A DNA stretch of 52,899 nucleotides from Thermovirgaceae bacterium (GTDB lineage Bacteria > Synergistota > Synergistia > Synergistales > Thermovirgaceae): positions 1 through 52,899 of the forward strand of contig JBKHBH010000004.1 in assembly GCA_046542505.1 (NCBI GenBank). The letters run 5' to 3'. The notes beneath the pieces were generated by a model. The model did no database searches. It was not told the origin of the DNA and was given only the letters and a program-made list of their open reading frames with translations. This document shows, in pieces, positions 28,268 through 37,735 of this stretch; positions within the stretch are counted from its first letter, which is position 1; each line of letters begins with the position of its first letter. The position numbers and the translations under genes were made by a program.

Positions 28268-28453
28268 ATGCCAATCATTAACATTCACATGCTCGAAGGC
28301 CGCGACAAGGGAAAAAAGGCAGCCCTCGCAGCAAACGTCACGAAGGCTGTCTGTGAAAGTCTCGATGTAAAACCCGAGGCGGTCCGGATCATCATGTCCG
28401 AAATGCCCCGCGAAAACTACGCCGCCGCGGGCCGGCTCTTTTCCGAGAAGTAG
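28268..28453 (+). CDS. 4-oxalocrotonate tautomerase family protein
   Basis: 61 aa, Pro at position 2, EGR...K, strong AAGGAGG RBS. Confidence 0.9.
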   Translation: MPIINIHMLEGRDKGKKAALAANVTKAVCESLDVKPEAVRIIMSEMPRENYAAAGRLFSEK

Positions 28454-28457
28454 TCCT

Positions 28458-29303
28458 TCAGTCCCTCCAGCGCCGGTGCATCCAGAGCCATTGCTCGGGT
28501 GCCCGGCGTATCATCTTTTCCAAAGCCCTGTTGCATTCGGCGGTCATTTCCCGGATTTTCTCGTCACGCGACCCTGAAGCCGGAATTTTTACGGGCTTTT
28601 GGGCTTCAAAACAATACCTGAAGGGCCCCAGCCGGTATGCGGCGATAGGAATCAACGGCGCCCCGGAAAGGAGCGCGTACGCCGCAGGACCTGAAGCCGT
28701 GCTGCAGGACCTGCCGAAAAAGGGGACATCAATTCCCATGCTTCCCCAGTGCTGGTCTCCCGCGATTCCGACAAAACGGCCCTGCTTCAACCTCTTGAGT
28801 GGTTCCCGCAAGGAATCCTTGGCGATGGTTCCCATGCCCATGATATTCCGGTAAGACTGCAGCAAATCCCTCAGCTCGGAATTATCGGGCTCACGAACCA
28901 TGGCGTCGATGGGATACCCCGAAAAGGCCAGCCACCCCCCCAGAAGTTCCCAGTTCCCGAAGTGGCCGAACAAAAGAACTGCTCCGTTTTTCTTCGCTAC
29001 GGTCTCGTCCAGAAACTCCTTTCCCTCGGTCTTTACGAACCATTTGAGCACCGAAGGGGGGTCGTTCAACGTGGCGAGATATTCCACGAGTATCCAGGCA
29101 TAATGCCTATACACGCGTCGCAGCACCTGTTTTCTCTTCGAGGGCTCCCATCCTGGAAAAACCAGGGCCATATTCGCGAGAGCGACATCCCTGCGGGGAC
29201 CATACGCCGCAAGAAGGACGGAAAGCACTCCCGCCACGGTCCTGGCGCGGATTCCCGGAGCCATAATCCGCCGAAGGCCTTCAAGAATCCTGCATTGCCA
29301 CAC
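28458..29303 (-). CDS. Lipid A lauroyl/lysophospholipid acyltransferase (LpxL/HtrB family)
   Basis: HFGNWE, DQ, VPFFG, PEQWLWMHRRW. Confidence 0.88.
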   Translation of the reverse strand: MWQCRILEGLRRIMAPGIRARTVAGVLSVLLAAYGPRRDVALANMALVFPGWEPSKRKQVLRRVYRHYAWILVEYLATLNDPPSVLKWFVKTEGKEFLDETVAKKNGAVLLFGHFGNWELLGGWLAFSGYPIDAMVREPDNSELRDLLQSYRNIMGMGTIAKDSLREPLKRLKQGRFVGIAGDQHWGSMGIDVPFFGRSCSTASGPAAYALLSGAPLIPIAAYRLGPFRYCFEAQKPVKIPASGSRDEKIREMTAECNRALEKMIRRAPEQWLWMHRRWRD

Positions 29304-29369
29304 CAGAGCGGATCACCTCTCTCATTCTGTTGTCCACGGCTGCCGCCCGGAAAAACTCAGCCGGAAGCT

Positions 29370-30653
29370 TCAGGAGCACCGTCTTTCGGCAATATGGAAC
29401 CGTTTTTTCCCGAGCCTGAAAAAAAGGAATCTGCCCTCAAGAAAATCTTCCTGCTCCAGGGAGGCGTCTTCCGATTTGACTTTCCTGCCGTTCAGCATCA
29501 CTCCGCCTCCGCGTATCAGGCGGCGTGCCTCTCCCTTACTCTTGCAGGCCCCACTTCCCACGAGGGCTTCCACCACATCTGCCGAATCGGTATCAAGGCG
29601 GCCCGAGGGGACTTCCTCCTGCAGGACCGGAAGCATCTCACTATCCAGCTCGGAAGGATCGAAATCCCCCCCAAAAAGGATTTCGCTCGCTCTTTTCGCC
29701 CTGGTTGCCGCACTGGTCCCATGAACGGCGGATGTCACCTCCCAGGCAAGTATCCGCTGGGCTTCACGTCTGGACGGGTTTTCCCGGTGCCTTTCGACGA
29801 GGGAAGCAATATCCGAAAGAGGCAAAAATGTGAAAATTTTCAAAAACCTCTCCACATCCCGATCGTCGGCGTTGATCCAGAACTGGTAGAACTTGTAGGG
29901 AGATGTCCGCTCAGGGGAAAGCCAGACTGTTCCTTCTTCAGTTTTTCCGAACTTTTGGCCTGTGGCGGTCAGAAGCAGCGGATACGTAACGCCGAAGGCC
30001 TGTCCGCCGGTCTTTTTCCGGATCAGGTCGATACCTGCGATGATGTTTCCCTGCTGGTCATTCCCGCCCATCTGCAGCTTGCAGCCGATTTCTTGAAACA
30101 GGTGATAGAAATCATAGGCCTGCAGCAACATGTAGGAAAACTCCGTAAAGGAGATGGATTTCTCCGGATCTTCCAGTCGGCTTCGTACATATTCACGACC
30201 CACCATATAGTTCACCGAAAAATGCTTTCCCGTATCCCTCAGAAAATCGATGAAAGAAAGCTTGCCGAGCCAGTCATGGTTGTTTATGATCATTGCCGAG
30301 TTGGCGCCGCAGTCAAAGTCGAGAAACTGCTTGAACTGTTCCTTCACGGTTTCCATGTTTCTCTCAACCTGCTCCAAAGTCAGCAGATTCCTCTCCTTGC
30401 TTTTTCCCGAGGGATCTCCGATAAGTCCCGTGCCGCACCCGGCTATCGCTATCGGCCGGTGTCCGAGACGTTGCATCCAGGAAAGTCCCATGATCGGGAT
30501 GAGGTGCCCCACATGCAGGCTGTCGGCAGTGGGATCAAATCCGACGTATCCCGTGACCATTTCTTCGTTGAATAACGCAGCCAGTTCATCGGGACTGCTG
30601 CACCATTCGACACAGCCCCTTTCTTCAAGAATGGTAAGGGCGTTTTCAGGCAT
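29370..30653 (-). CDS. tyrS: Tyrosine--tRNA ligase
   Basis: GFDPTADSLHVGH, EFSY.LLQAYDF, KFGKT, C-terminal S4 domain. Confidence 0.97.
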   Translation of the reverse strand: MPENALTILEERGCVEWCSSPDELAALFNEEMVTGYVGFDPTADSLHVGHLIPIMGLSWMQRLGHRPIAIAGCGTGLIGDPSGKSKERNLLTLEQVERNMETVKEQFKQFLDFDCGANSAMIINNHDWLGKLSFIDFLRDTGKHFSVNYMVGREYVRSRLEDPEKSISFTEFSYMLLQAYDFYHLFQEIGCKLQMGGNDQQGNIIAGIDLIRKKTGGQAFGVTYPLLLTATGQKFGKTEEGTVWLSPERTSPYKFYQFWINADDRDVERFLKIFTFLPLSDIASLVERHRENPSRREAQRILAWEVTSAVHGTSAATRAKRASEILFGGDFDPSELDSEMLPVLQEEVPSGRLDTDSADVVEALVGSGACKSKGEARRLIRGGGVMLNGRKVKSEDASLEQEDFLEGRFLFFRLGKKRFHIAERRCS

Positions 30654-30707
30654 TTCGCGTTCCTCCCCGCATTGCTGATAATTTATTGAAGTCCGGGTCT
30701 TTCCACC

Positions 30708-32207
30708 TTATTCTTCGGCCTGGGTGGCTTGTTCCCAGCTGATACGGCCGTTTTTGTAATCTTCAATGACAATCATGAGCTTTCCAAGCCTCCGGAGTTC
30801 TTCGGCCACAGTGGCGATATCTTCCAAATCCTTTCCTCCTGAAAGCCCGACCCTCTGTGCCAGTGATCCGGCTCTGGCAATGTTTTCCATGGCATCGGCC
30901 GCCTTCGGAAAGTCCACAAAAACCCACCCCAGGGCGGTTTCGGGCAAATCAACGATTTCCCGCAGGGGAACACGCTTTTTCAGGCCTGATTCATCCATGG
31001 CTCCAAGGACTGCCAGATCTTCCGAAGCTGCGCCGACAACGGTCAGGGGAACGGACAGGCTCCCGCCCGTCTTGAACCCTTCCAGCGGTTTCGGAGTCAG
31101 GGAAAGGCGCATCCAGTGTCTGTCCCATATCCGTTCGACAAGTTCCATCCCTTGTGCGCCTCTGTCGGGCAACTCGACGAGAAAACCCGGGAGGTTCATC
31201 ATGAGGAACCGGCTCTGCCCTCCGATGGCGACGATGAGGGGTCCCTCGAGAACTTTCTCCAGCAGTTCCGTCCTCACACCAAGAGCTTCCGCGGCTTCGG
31301 GCAGTTCCGTGGAAATTTCACGGGCCGTTGAAAAACCGGGGGGCAGGTTGAAACCCGTCGCCGCTATGAGCGGGTCGGGAACAAACAGTTTTTCAGACCA
31401 GTCATACCCCTCCAGGTTGTTTCTGATTGTATCAGGGATCCAGCCTTCCAACCCGGAAACTGTCCAGGCCAGCAAACCATCGCCGGCTTTTTGCCGCCAG
31501 GCCATTTCGATTTTGACGGGATCGTTTCCGACGTTCCGGCCTTGCATCGCCGCAGATGCTGCGAGGGAACCGCCGTCATGCAGATACATATGCCCCGGCC
31601 AGTCCGTTTCCAATGTCCAGAGAATTTTCGACCGCATTTCTGGGTTTTTCAAAGCCTCACGCATTCTTTCGAGGCCGCTTTCGTGCAAGGAGAGCAACAC
31701 CAGTCGATCCACCGTCTCCAGATACATTGCGGGCGCATCGACAGCTGTTACCAGACGGTGCCGGCCCTTTTCTCCGGCTTTTTCTACCGAGGCTTCTGGA
31801 AGAACATTCCTCCATTCATCTGGAATCTTTCCCGATGAGAGCATCGACACGTTCTCCCTTGAAAAAAGGAATGCACCGTACAAATCGGCCCTGTTTCCCT
31901 GCTCGGCCCAGGTGGCAAGAAGTGCCGTCTCTTCCGAAAGCCCCGCCAACGGCAGTATCAGTTCTTCCATCAGGTGGACATAGGGTCTTGCCCGGGGGGA
32001 AGCTTCCTCGGCAAGTGTTTCGGGAATCCTGTTTTTGATCTGGTTCCCTTGTGTCGTCAGCAAGGCATGGGGGACACCTTCGCTCACGAGGGGCAAAGCT
32101 TCCGTAACGGCCTCCGTAACAGGCTTCCGGCCAAAGTAGAGAAAACCACCGGCAATCACCGAAGCGGCAACAATGACAGTCAGCCAGAAAAACAGATTTT
32201 TACGCAT
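30708..32207 (-). CDS. Hypothetical protein with N-terminal membrane anchor
   Basis: 499-aa ORF, AGGAGG RBS, start overlaps the RND permease stop; no recognised motif. Confidence 0.75.
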   Translation of the reverse strand: MRKNLFFWLTVIVAASVIAGGFLYFGRKPVTEAVTEALPLVSEGVPHALLTTQGNQIKNRIPETLAEEASPRARPYVHLMEELILPLAGLSEETALLATWAEQGNRADLYGAFLFSRENVSMLSSGKIPDEWRNVLPEASVEKAGEKGRHRLVTAVDAPAMYLETVDRLVLLSLHESGLERMREALKNPEMRSKILWTLETDWPGHMYLHDGGSLAASAAMQGRNVGNDPVKIEMAWRQKAGDGLLAWTVSGLEGWIPDTIRNNLEGYDWSEKLFVPDPLIAATGFNLPPGFSTAREISTELPEAAEALGVRTELLEKVLEGPLIVAIGGQSRFLMMNLPGFLVELPDRGAQGMELVERIWDRHWMRLSLTPKPLEGFKTGGSLSVPLTVVGAASEDLAVLGAMDESGLKKRVPLREIVDLPETALGWVFVDFPKAADAMENIARAGSLAQRVGLSGGKDLEDIATVAEELRRLGKLMIVIEDYKNGRISWEQATQAEE

Positions 32208-35200
32208 GGAGAAACCTCCTTTTGAAACGGTCTTTCAGATCCCACACCAACGCATAAATCGGCGGAATCAGAAAGAGCGCCATCGTCCCGCCAGCGACCA
32301 GACCGCCGATGAGGACAATGGCAAGGGGCGCGCGATACTGTCCTCCCGCTCCAAGCCCGAGAGCAAGGGGCAGCATGGCGATAAGAGTCGTCACATCGGC
32401 CATCAGGATCGGCCTGAGCCTGACGGAAACAGCCTCGAGAACTGCTTCCGTGGGGTGCTTTCCTTCTTTTCTGAGAACTTCAGCGTAATCGACGACAATA
32501 ATGGCATTGTTCACCACGAGACCAACGAGCATGATCATGCCGAGAAGCCCGTAGATCGAAAGTGTCGTTTCGGTGACAAGCAAAACAGGGACAACGCCGA
32601 TGACCGACAGGGGAAGTGTCAACATGATGATAAGCGAGAAGAGGTACGATTCGATAATCCCCGCGATCAAGAGGAATGTCAAAAGCGTGGCCATCCCGAA
32701 GGCAATGCCCAGCCTCATGAAGTTCTCCTGAATGTTCTGGATGTCGCCCTCATAGACAAAGCCATATCCCGGGGGAATATTCATGTTGTCCACTATGGGG
32801 CGTATGTCCTGGAAAACTTCACCCACTGACCTGTTGGCGGTGTCGGCCTCTATGGTGATCTTCCGTTGCCTGTCCAACCGGTAGATGGCCGTCGGCCCCT
32901 GTTCCATGGTAATGTCGGCCAATTCTCTCAAGGGCACGAATCCCACCGATGACCAGATCGGGAGCTCCGGCACCCGGGAAGGGCTGTCACGCCATTTTTC
33001 GCTCAACTGAACCAGGATGTCGTACTCAAAACCTTCTTCACGGAACACTCCGGCATCAATTCCACTCAGGTATCCCCTGAGTTCTTCCGACACATCATCG
33101 AGGGTCACGTTCAGCGAGGCGAGCCTGTTGTATTCCGGGGAAAGGCGCAATTCGTAACGCCCGACCTCCCAATCCGTTCCAAGGTCTACCAGCCCGGGAA
33201 CGTTCCGAAGCTTTTCCAGAAGCTCCCGGGATATTTTGTTCAACATGTCGAGATCAGGTCCTGTAAGGGTGACCTGAACGGGTTTCCTTCCACCGCCTCC
33301 GCGGCCGGAGGAAACATCAACGGTAACATCCGCGTCCGGAAGGGATGCAAACTCCCGACGCAATTGAGAAGCGATGGCAAAGGCTGAAGCCCTCTCGTCC
33401 TCATCGACAAGGTAGGCCCTGACAGAACCATTGTTCTTTCCACCAAGCCTTCGCCCTCCGCCAACATTCGTGCTGATGGATTCCACGTAGGGCTTTTTCA
33501 TAAGAGAGGCTTCTACACGGCGTACGATATCGTCGGTAGCATCAAGAGATGCGGAACTGGAAAGCTCCACACGGGCCAGGATCACTCCCTCGTCGACTTT
33601 CGGGAAAAACTCGAAGGCTACATTTCTGCCGAAGAACAGTGAAACACCGACAAGAAGGGCAAAAAACGTTAATGTAAAGAAGGGATGCCGGACGCATCGC
33701 GGAACGATCTCTTCATGAACGATCTCGACGGAGCGGTATATCCATTGCCACCATCCGCTCAGGATCCTCGCAGGCCGAGACACACTGTGCACGCCCTTGC
33801 CGATACGCGCCGCCACCATCGGCGTAACCGTAAAGGCACCCCACAGGGAAAAGAGGGTCGCAAAAACAACGGTGAGCGCAAACTGGTAGAAAAACTGTCC
33901 AACCATGCCCCCCATGAAGGCCACAGGGATGAAAACTCCAAGGTTGGTCGCAGTGGTTGACAAGACGGCGGCCTCGATTTCGCGGGTTCCGATTTCCGCC
34001 GCTTCCTTCGGGTCCTTCCCAAGCTCCCGGTAGCGGTATATATTCTCCAGGACCAATATGGAGTTGTTCACCAGGACACCGACCGATATGGCCAGACCCA
34101 GGGTGCTCATGACATTGAGGGTGAAACCGAAGAGGTACATGGGTATAAATGTCCCGATAATGGAAGCGGGCATGGATATGGCCACGGCCACGGTGGCTCC
34201 AAACTGCTGCAGGAACAGGAAAAGAACCAGAGCGGTGAGAACCGTCCCGATGGCCATGTCCCGTATCACGTTCCTGATGGCTTCATCCACGAACTCGCTG
34301 CTGTCGTAGACGACGTCAAGTTCGATACTCCCCTGGAGCGAGGGCCTGATCTCTTCGAGGTCGGCACGAACAGCCCTGGCCACTTTGACGATGTTCGCGT
34401 TAGGCCGGGCGATGAGATCCATCAGTATGGCATCTTCCCCATCATGCCTGGCCCTGTTCCGCTCTTCAGCCAGAGTGTCCTTGACCTCGACAATCCTGTC
34501 GAAGCGTATAGTCTGCCCCTGGCCAAGAGGCACCCCGATCTTGCCGAGATCTTCCGGAACAGCCGGCTCCCCAACGACCCTGACGGAGGTTTCCTTCAGA
34601 CCCTGGGCGATACTGCCAGATGGGGAATTGAAGTTCGACTGCCTGACCATTGACGCGATCTGTCGGAGGTTGACGTCGTGTGCTATAAGTTTTTCCGGAT
34701 CAGCATCAAGGTGGATCTCACGATCACGGCCACCGCTGATATCCACGTTGGCCATCCCGGTTATTTGCGTCAGGCGCTTGGCCACCCGGTCCTCGGCGAT
34801 GTTTTTCGTCAGGTACGACGGCAGGTTGCTTTTCGCAACCAGGATCATGAAAGGCTGTGCATTGATGTCGAATTTATCCACTACTGGTTCGTCGGCATCA
34901 TCGGGCAAAGAGTTGGTAATCGCCTTGACCCGTGTGGATATGTCCATCGTTGCCTGGGTCACGTCAGTTTCATAGGTCAAGGCGGCAACGACGAAAGCGG
35001 AGCCTTCCATGGCGTAGCCGTTGATTTCATCGACTCCTTCGACGGTAGAGACGGCATCCTCTATGGGTTCAACGATCTGCCGCTCGACCTCGAGGGGGTT
35101 GGCTCCCCTGTACGTCACCCTGACCAGCACGACGGGAATGTCCACCGTTGGCAAAAGGGCAACGCCGGATTGGGTAAAGGAATAAAGACCAAGAAGAATG

Positions 35201-35262
35201 AGAATAATAATGATGGCGCTCGTCAGGACGGGACGCCTGATGGAAGTGCCGATGAGCCCCAT
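32200..35262 (-). CDS. RND efflux permease (AcrB/HAE family)
   Basis: IRRPV, GA.P.EVE, G.LV.N.I.V.ENI, G.VVNNAI, RLRPILM. Confidence 0.95.
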   Translation of the reverse strand: MGLIGTSIRRPVLTSAIIIILILLGLYSFTQSGVALLPTVDIPVVLVRVTYRGANPLEVERQIVEPIEDAVSTVEGVDEINGYAMEGSAFVVAALTYETDVTQATMDISTRVKAITNSLPDDADEPVVDKFDINAQPFMILVAKSNLPSYLTKNIAEDRVAKRLTQITGMANVDISGGRDREIHLDADPEKLIAHDVNLRQIASMVRQSNFNSPSGSIAQGLKETSVRVVGEPAVPEDLGKIGVPLGQGQTIRFDRIVEVKDTLAEERNRARHDGEDAILMDLIARPNANIVKVARAVRADLEEIRPSLQGSIELDVVYDSSEFVDEAIRNVIRDMAIGTVLTALVLFLFLQQFGATVAVAISMPASIIGTFIPMYLFGFTLNVMSTLGLAISVGVLVNNSILVLENIYRYRELGKDPKEAAEIGTREIEAAVLSTTATNLGVFIPVAFMGGMVGQFFYQFALTVVFATLFSLWGAFTVTPMVAARIGKGVHSVSRPARILSGWWQWIYRSVEIVHEEIVPRCVRHPFFTLTFFALLVGVSLFFGRNVAFEFFPKVDEGVILARVELSSSASLDATDDIVRRVEASLMKKPYVESISTNVGGGRRLGGKNNGSVRAYLVDEDERASAFAIASQLRREFASLPDADVTVDVSSGRGGGGRKPVQVTLTGPDLDMLNKISRELLEKLRNVPGLVDLGTDWEVGRYELRLSPEYNRLASLNVTLDDVSEELRGYLSGIDAGVFREEGFEYDILVQLSEKWRDSPSRVPELPIWSSVGFVPLRELADITMEQGPTAIYRLDRQRKITIEADTANRSVGEVFQDIRPIVDNMNIPPGYGFVYEGDIQNIQENFMRLGIAFGMATLLTFLLIAGIIESYLFSLIIMLTLPLSVIGVVPVLLVTETTLSIYGLLGMIMLVGLVVNNAIIVVDYAEVLRKEGKHPTEAVLEAVSVRLRPILMADVTTLIAMLPLALGLGAGGQYRAPLAIVLIGGLVAGGTMALFLIPPIYALVWDLKDRFKRRFLHA

Positions 35263-35265
35263 GGA

Positions 35266-36336
35266 TCAGTCCTCCTGGATCCATATTTTTGCGTCGGGAA
35301 AGAGCCGGTCGGCACCTCTGACGACAATGACATCACAAGGTTCGAGCCCTGAAAGAATGCGGACCCTTCCGTTGGACTCGCGCCCTGTCATGACCATTCT
35401 CTGCTTCGCCACATCATCGGAGACGACATATACGGCCGTCTTGCCTTCCTCGAGCTGCTGGATCGATTCGTAGGAAACAGAGATAGCATCGGCCAGTTTT
35501 TCGTCCTGGACCTGCCCTTCCAGGGTCTGCCCCGGGTTCAGTCCGGAACGAGGGGGAATGGCGAGAACAACCTTAAAAAGTCCGGTTTCCGGATCTGCTG
35601 ACGGGTCGATTCGCAGAAATTCCGCATCGACCCACCCGTTGGGAGTCTTAACCCGTGCAGCCAGGCCTTTACGAATTTTCCAGGCATCGTCGGGGGCGAC
35701 ATTGAGTTCTGCCTCAAGCCTGTCCAGGTCTGCGACGACAAAAAGCGGAGAACCCGGCGATGCCAACGCCCCTTCTTCGATGTTCTTCTCCAGAATGATT
35801 CCGTTCACAGGAGAACCGATGGAGATCTTGTCCAGATCCCTTGCAAGAGCTTCAAGCCGGGCCCGTGCCTCTTCGGCTTCAGAAAGCGCAGCCTCAACTT
35901 CCTGTGCGCTCGCCCCTCCGGCTTCCTGAAGCGTTTTCAACCTCCTGTAACGTCCGGCCCTCTCATTCACCCGTGCCTTCTGGGCATTGTATTCCTGCTG
36001 TAACGTCGATTTTTCCAGCAAGGCAAGTCGCTGCCATTTGTTCACCCTGTCCCCGACGTCGACAAGGATCTGCTGTACATACTCCTGCCTGTCGGCCGAA
36101 ACGTCGACAGTCTGCGGAGCCTTGACCCTTCCGTACAGGGTGATCCAGTGCTCCCAGGGGCCTGAACACACCTCCTCGACAGTTACCGGGATGCCCTGCT
36201 CGGCCCTGATTCCGGCAACACTTGCTGGCGGCTCTTTTTGCTCCCGTGTCGACACCTGCCAGATCATGCCCCCGAACAGAAGAAGTAGCAGCAGGGCCCA
36301 GACGAAAAGGTGCAATTTGCTCCGTTTCAATTCCAT
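35266..36336 (-). CDS. RND periplasmic adaptor (MFP)
   Basis: N-terminal TM, V.VGD.V lipoyl motif, coiled hairpin, SP.NG, IDP.AD..T. Confidence 0.92.
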   Translation of the reverse strand: MELKRSKLHLFVWALLLLLLFGGMIWQVSTREQKEPPASVAGIRAEQGIPVTVEEVCSGPWEHWITLYGRVKAPQTVDVSADRQEYVQQILVDVGDRVNKWQRLALLEKSTLQQEYNAQKARVNERAGRYRRLKTLQEAGGASAQEVEAALSEAEEARARLEALARDLDKISIGSPVNGIILEKNIEEGALASPGSPLFVVADLDRLEAELNVAPDDAWKIRKGLAARVKTPNGWVDAEFLRIDPSADPETGLFKVVLAIPPRSGLNPGQTLEGQVQDEKLADAISVSYESIQQLEEGKTAVYVVSDDVAKQRMVMTGRESNGRVRILSGLEPCDVIVVRGADRLFPDAKIWIQED

Positions 36337-37619
36337 TCCTCCCCTAGAACACGGCCTTCAGCCGCCCTGAGAGTGGCTTCAGCGACCAGCATCTCTTTCT
36401 TTGACTCGATCAAAGCCGCTTGTGATTCCGCGTAGCGAACCTGGGCATCGAGAACGTCAAGCTGATTTGCCAGTCCTTCTTTGTAACGGAGCAGGGCGAT
36501 TTCCCGCTCACGCTCGATAAGCTCGAAACGCTTTCTGGCCGCTTCATACCCTTCTTTTGCCGACATGTAATCCTCCCAGGCTGTAAAAAGCGTTTCCATG
36601 AGAGAGGCTCGGGCTTTCGACAAGTCGGCTTTTGCCAGCTCGACACCCGCCCGGGCCTCTTCAACGGCCCATTTTGTCTTGTTGCCGTCGGTGAGAGGAA
36701 TTTCAAGGGTAGCCTGTCCGTACCACTCATCATCGGGCTGGGCCATTGATGCAGATCCTTCGGTATGCAGGTTTCTCGTCGCCGAAAGGGACAACATCGG
36801 AGATTTTCCCTTTGCCGCCGCGTGCAGAAGTGCCTCCATCCGGCTGATTTCCGCTTTCTGCTGAAGCACCGACGGGTGTTCCCTGACTGCCTTTTCGTAG
36901 TCCGGCGGTGTTACGCGTTCCGGGAGCTTTACATCCTCGAAAACGTTTTCGACGGGTGTAAGTTCCTTCCAGCCTGCAAGGCCTTTCAGCATGGCCCTGA
37001 AGCTTTCCCTGAGGGAACGTTTCGAAGTAAGGGAGTGACGAGCTTCGGCGAGGGCGCTTTCCGCCCGTATGACGTCAAGCTCCGGGACCAGCCCCTGTTC
37101 AAATTTAAGCCGTGCATCCTTGAGGAAGGCTTCCCTCCGCCGAAGTTCTTCTTCCGCCGCCATCAGCGCAGCATCACCTGCGGCTGCACTCCAGTACGCC
37201 AGCGCCGCCTGGCGATACAAATTGAGCCTGGCGTCGGAGAAGCCCAGCACGGTTTTTTCGAACCGAAACCGCTCGGCATCAAGAATATCCCTCTCCCGCC
37301 CGAGAAGGCTCGTGCTGTATTTCAACCCGACCCCAACAGAAGAAGATTCACCTGTGCCTTCCAATTTCGACCCCGTGGCCGTCAGGGAAGACGTCACCCT
37401 TTGATTTGCAGCCTCAACCTTCATGCCCGCCGCGGCAGAATTCGCCGCCTCGCGAAGGGCTTTCAATCCGGGGTTCTCGGCTTCAATGATTTTCCATGCC
37501 TTTTGCCATTCCACGCCTTCGGCACAGGCTTCGGGGACGTTAAGCACAGCAATTCCTGCGACTATCGCAAAAATGATCGCAAAAAGGCCCCTCCCCCTCT
37601 TTTGTTTCCACTGCTTCAT
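36327..37619 (-). CDS. TolC-family outer membrane efflux protein
   Basis: Signal peptide; duplicated F/Y..GL....LDV motifs; first gene of the MFP-RND operon. Confidence 0.88.
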   Translation of the reverse strand: MKQWKQKRGRGLFAIIFAIVAGIAVLNVPEACAEGVEWQKAWKIIEAENPGLKALREAANSAAAGMKVEAANQRVTSSLTATGSKLEGTGESSSVGVGLKYSTSLLGRERDILDAERFRFEKTVLGFSDARLNLYRQAALAYWSAAAGDAALMAAEEELRRREAFLKDARLKFEQGLVPELDVIRAESALAEARHSLTSKRSLRESFRAMLKGLAGWKELTPVENVFEDVKLPERVTPPDYEKAVREHPSVLQQKAEISRMEALLHAAAKGKSPMLSLSATRNLHTEGSASMAQPDDEWYGQATLEIPLTDGNKTKWAVEEARAGVELAKADLSKARASLMETLFTAWEDYMSAKEGYEAARKRFELIEREREIALLRYKEGLANQLDVLDAQVRYAESQAALIESKKEMLVAEATLRAAEGRVLGEEWN

Positions 37620-37735
37620 CTCGTCATCACCCATCGATTGACACATGTATTCCCGTACGTTTCAAAGGTAAAACATGGCGTTTATTCTATCACGTTACCT
37701 TTCTGGAGAAACCTTCAGGCCGCTGCAGGAAGGCC

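Noticed and set aside
28749..30575. 608-aa plus-strand ORF
   Set aside because: Antisense shadow of tyrS and the acyltransferase gene; no motifs or clear RBS. Long shadow ORFs are common at this GC content.
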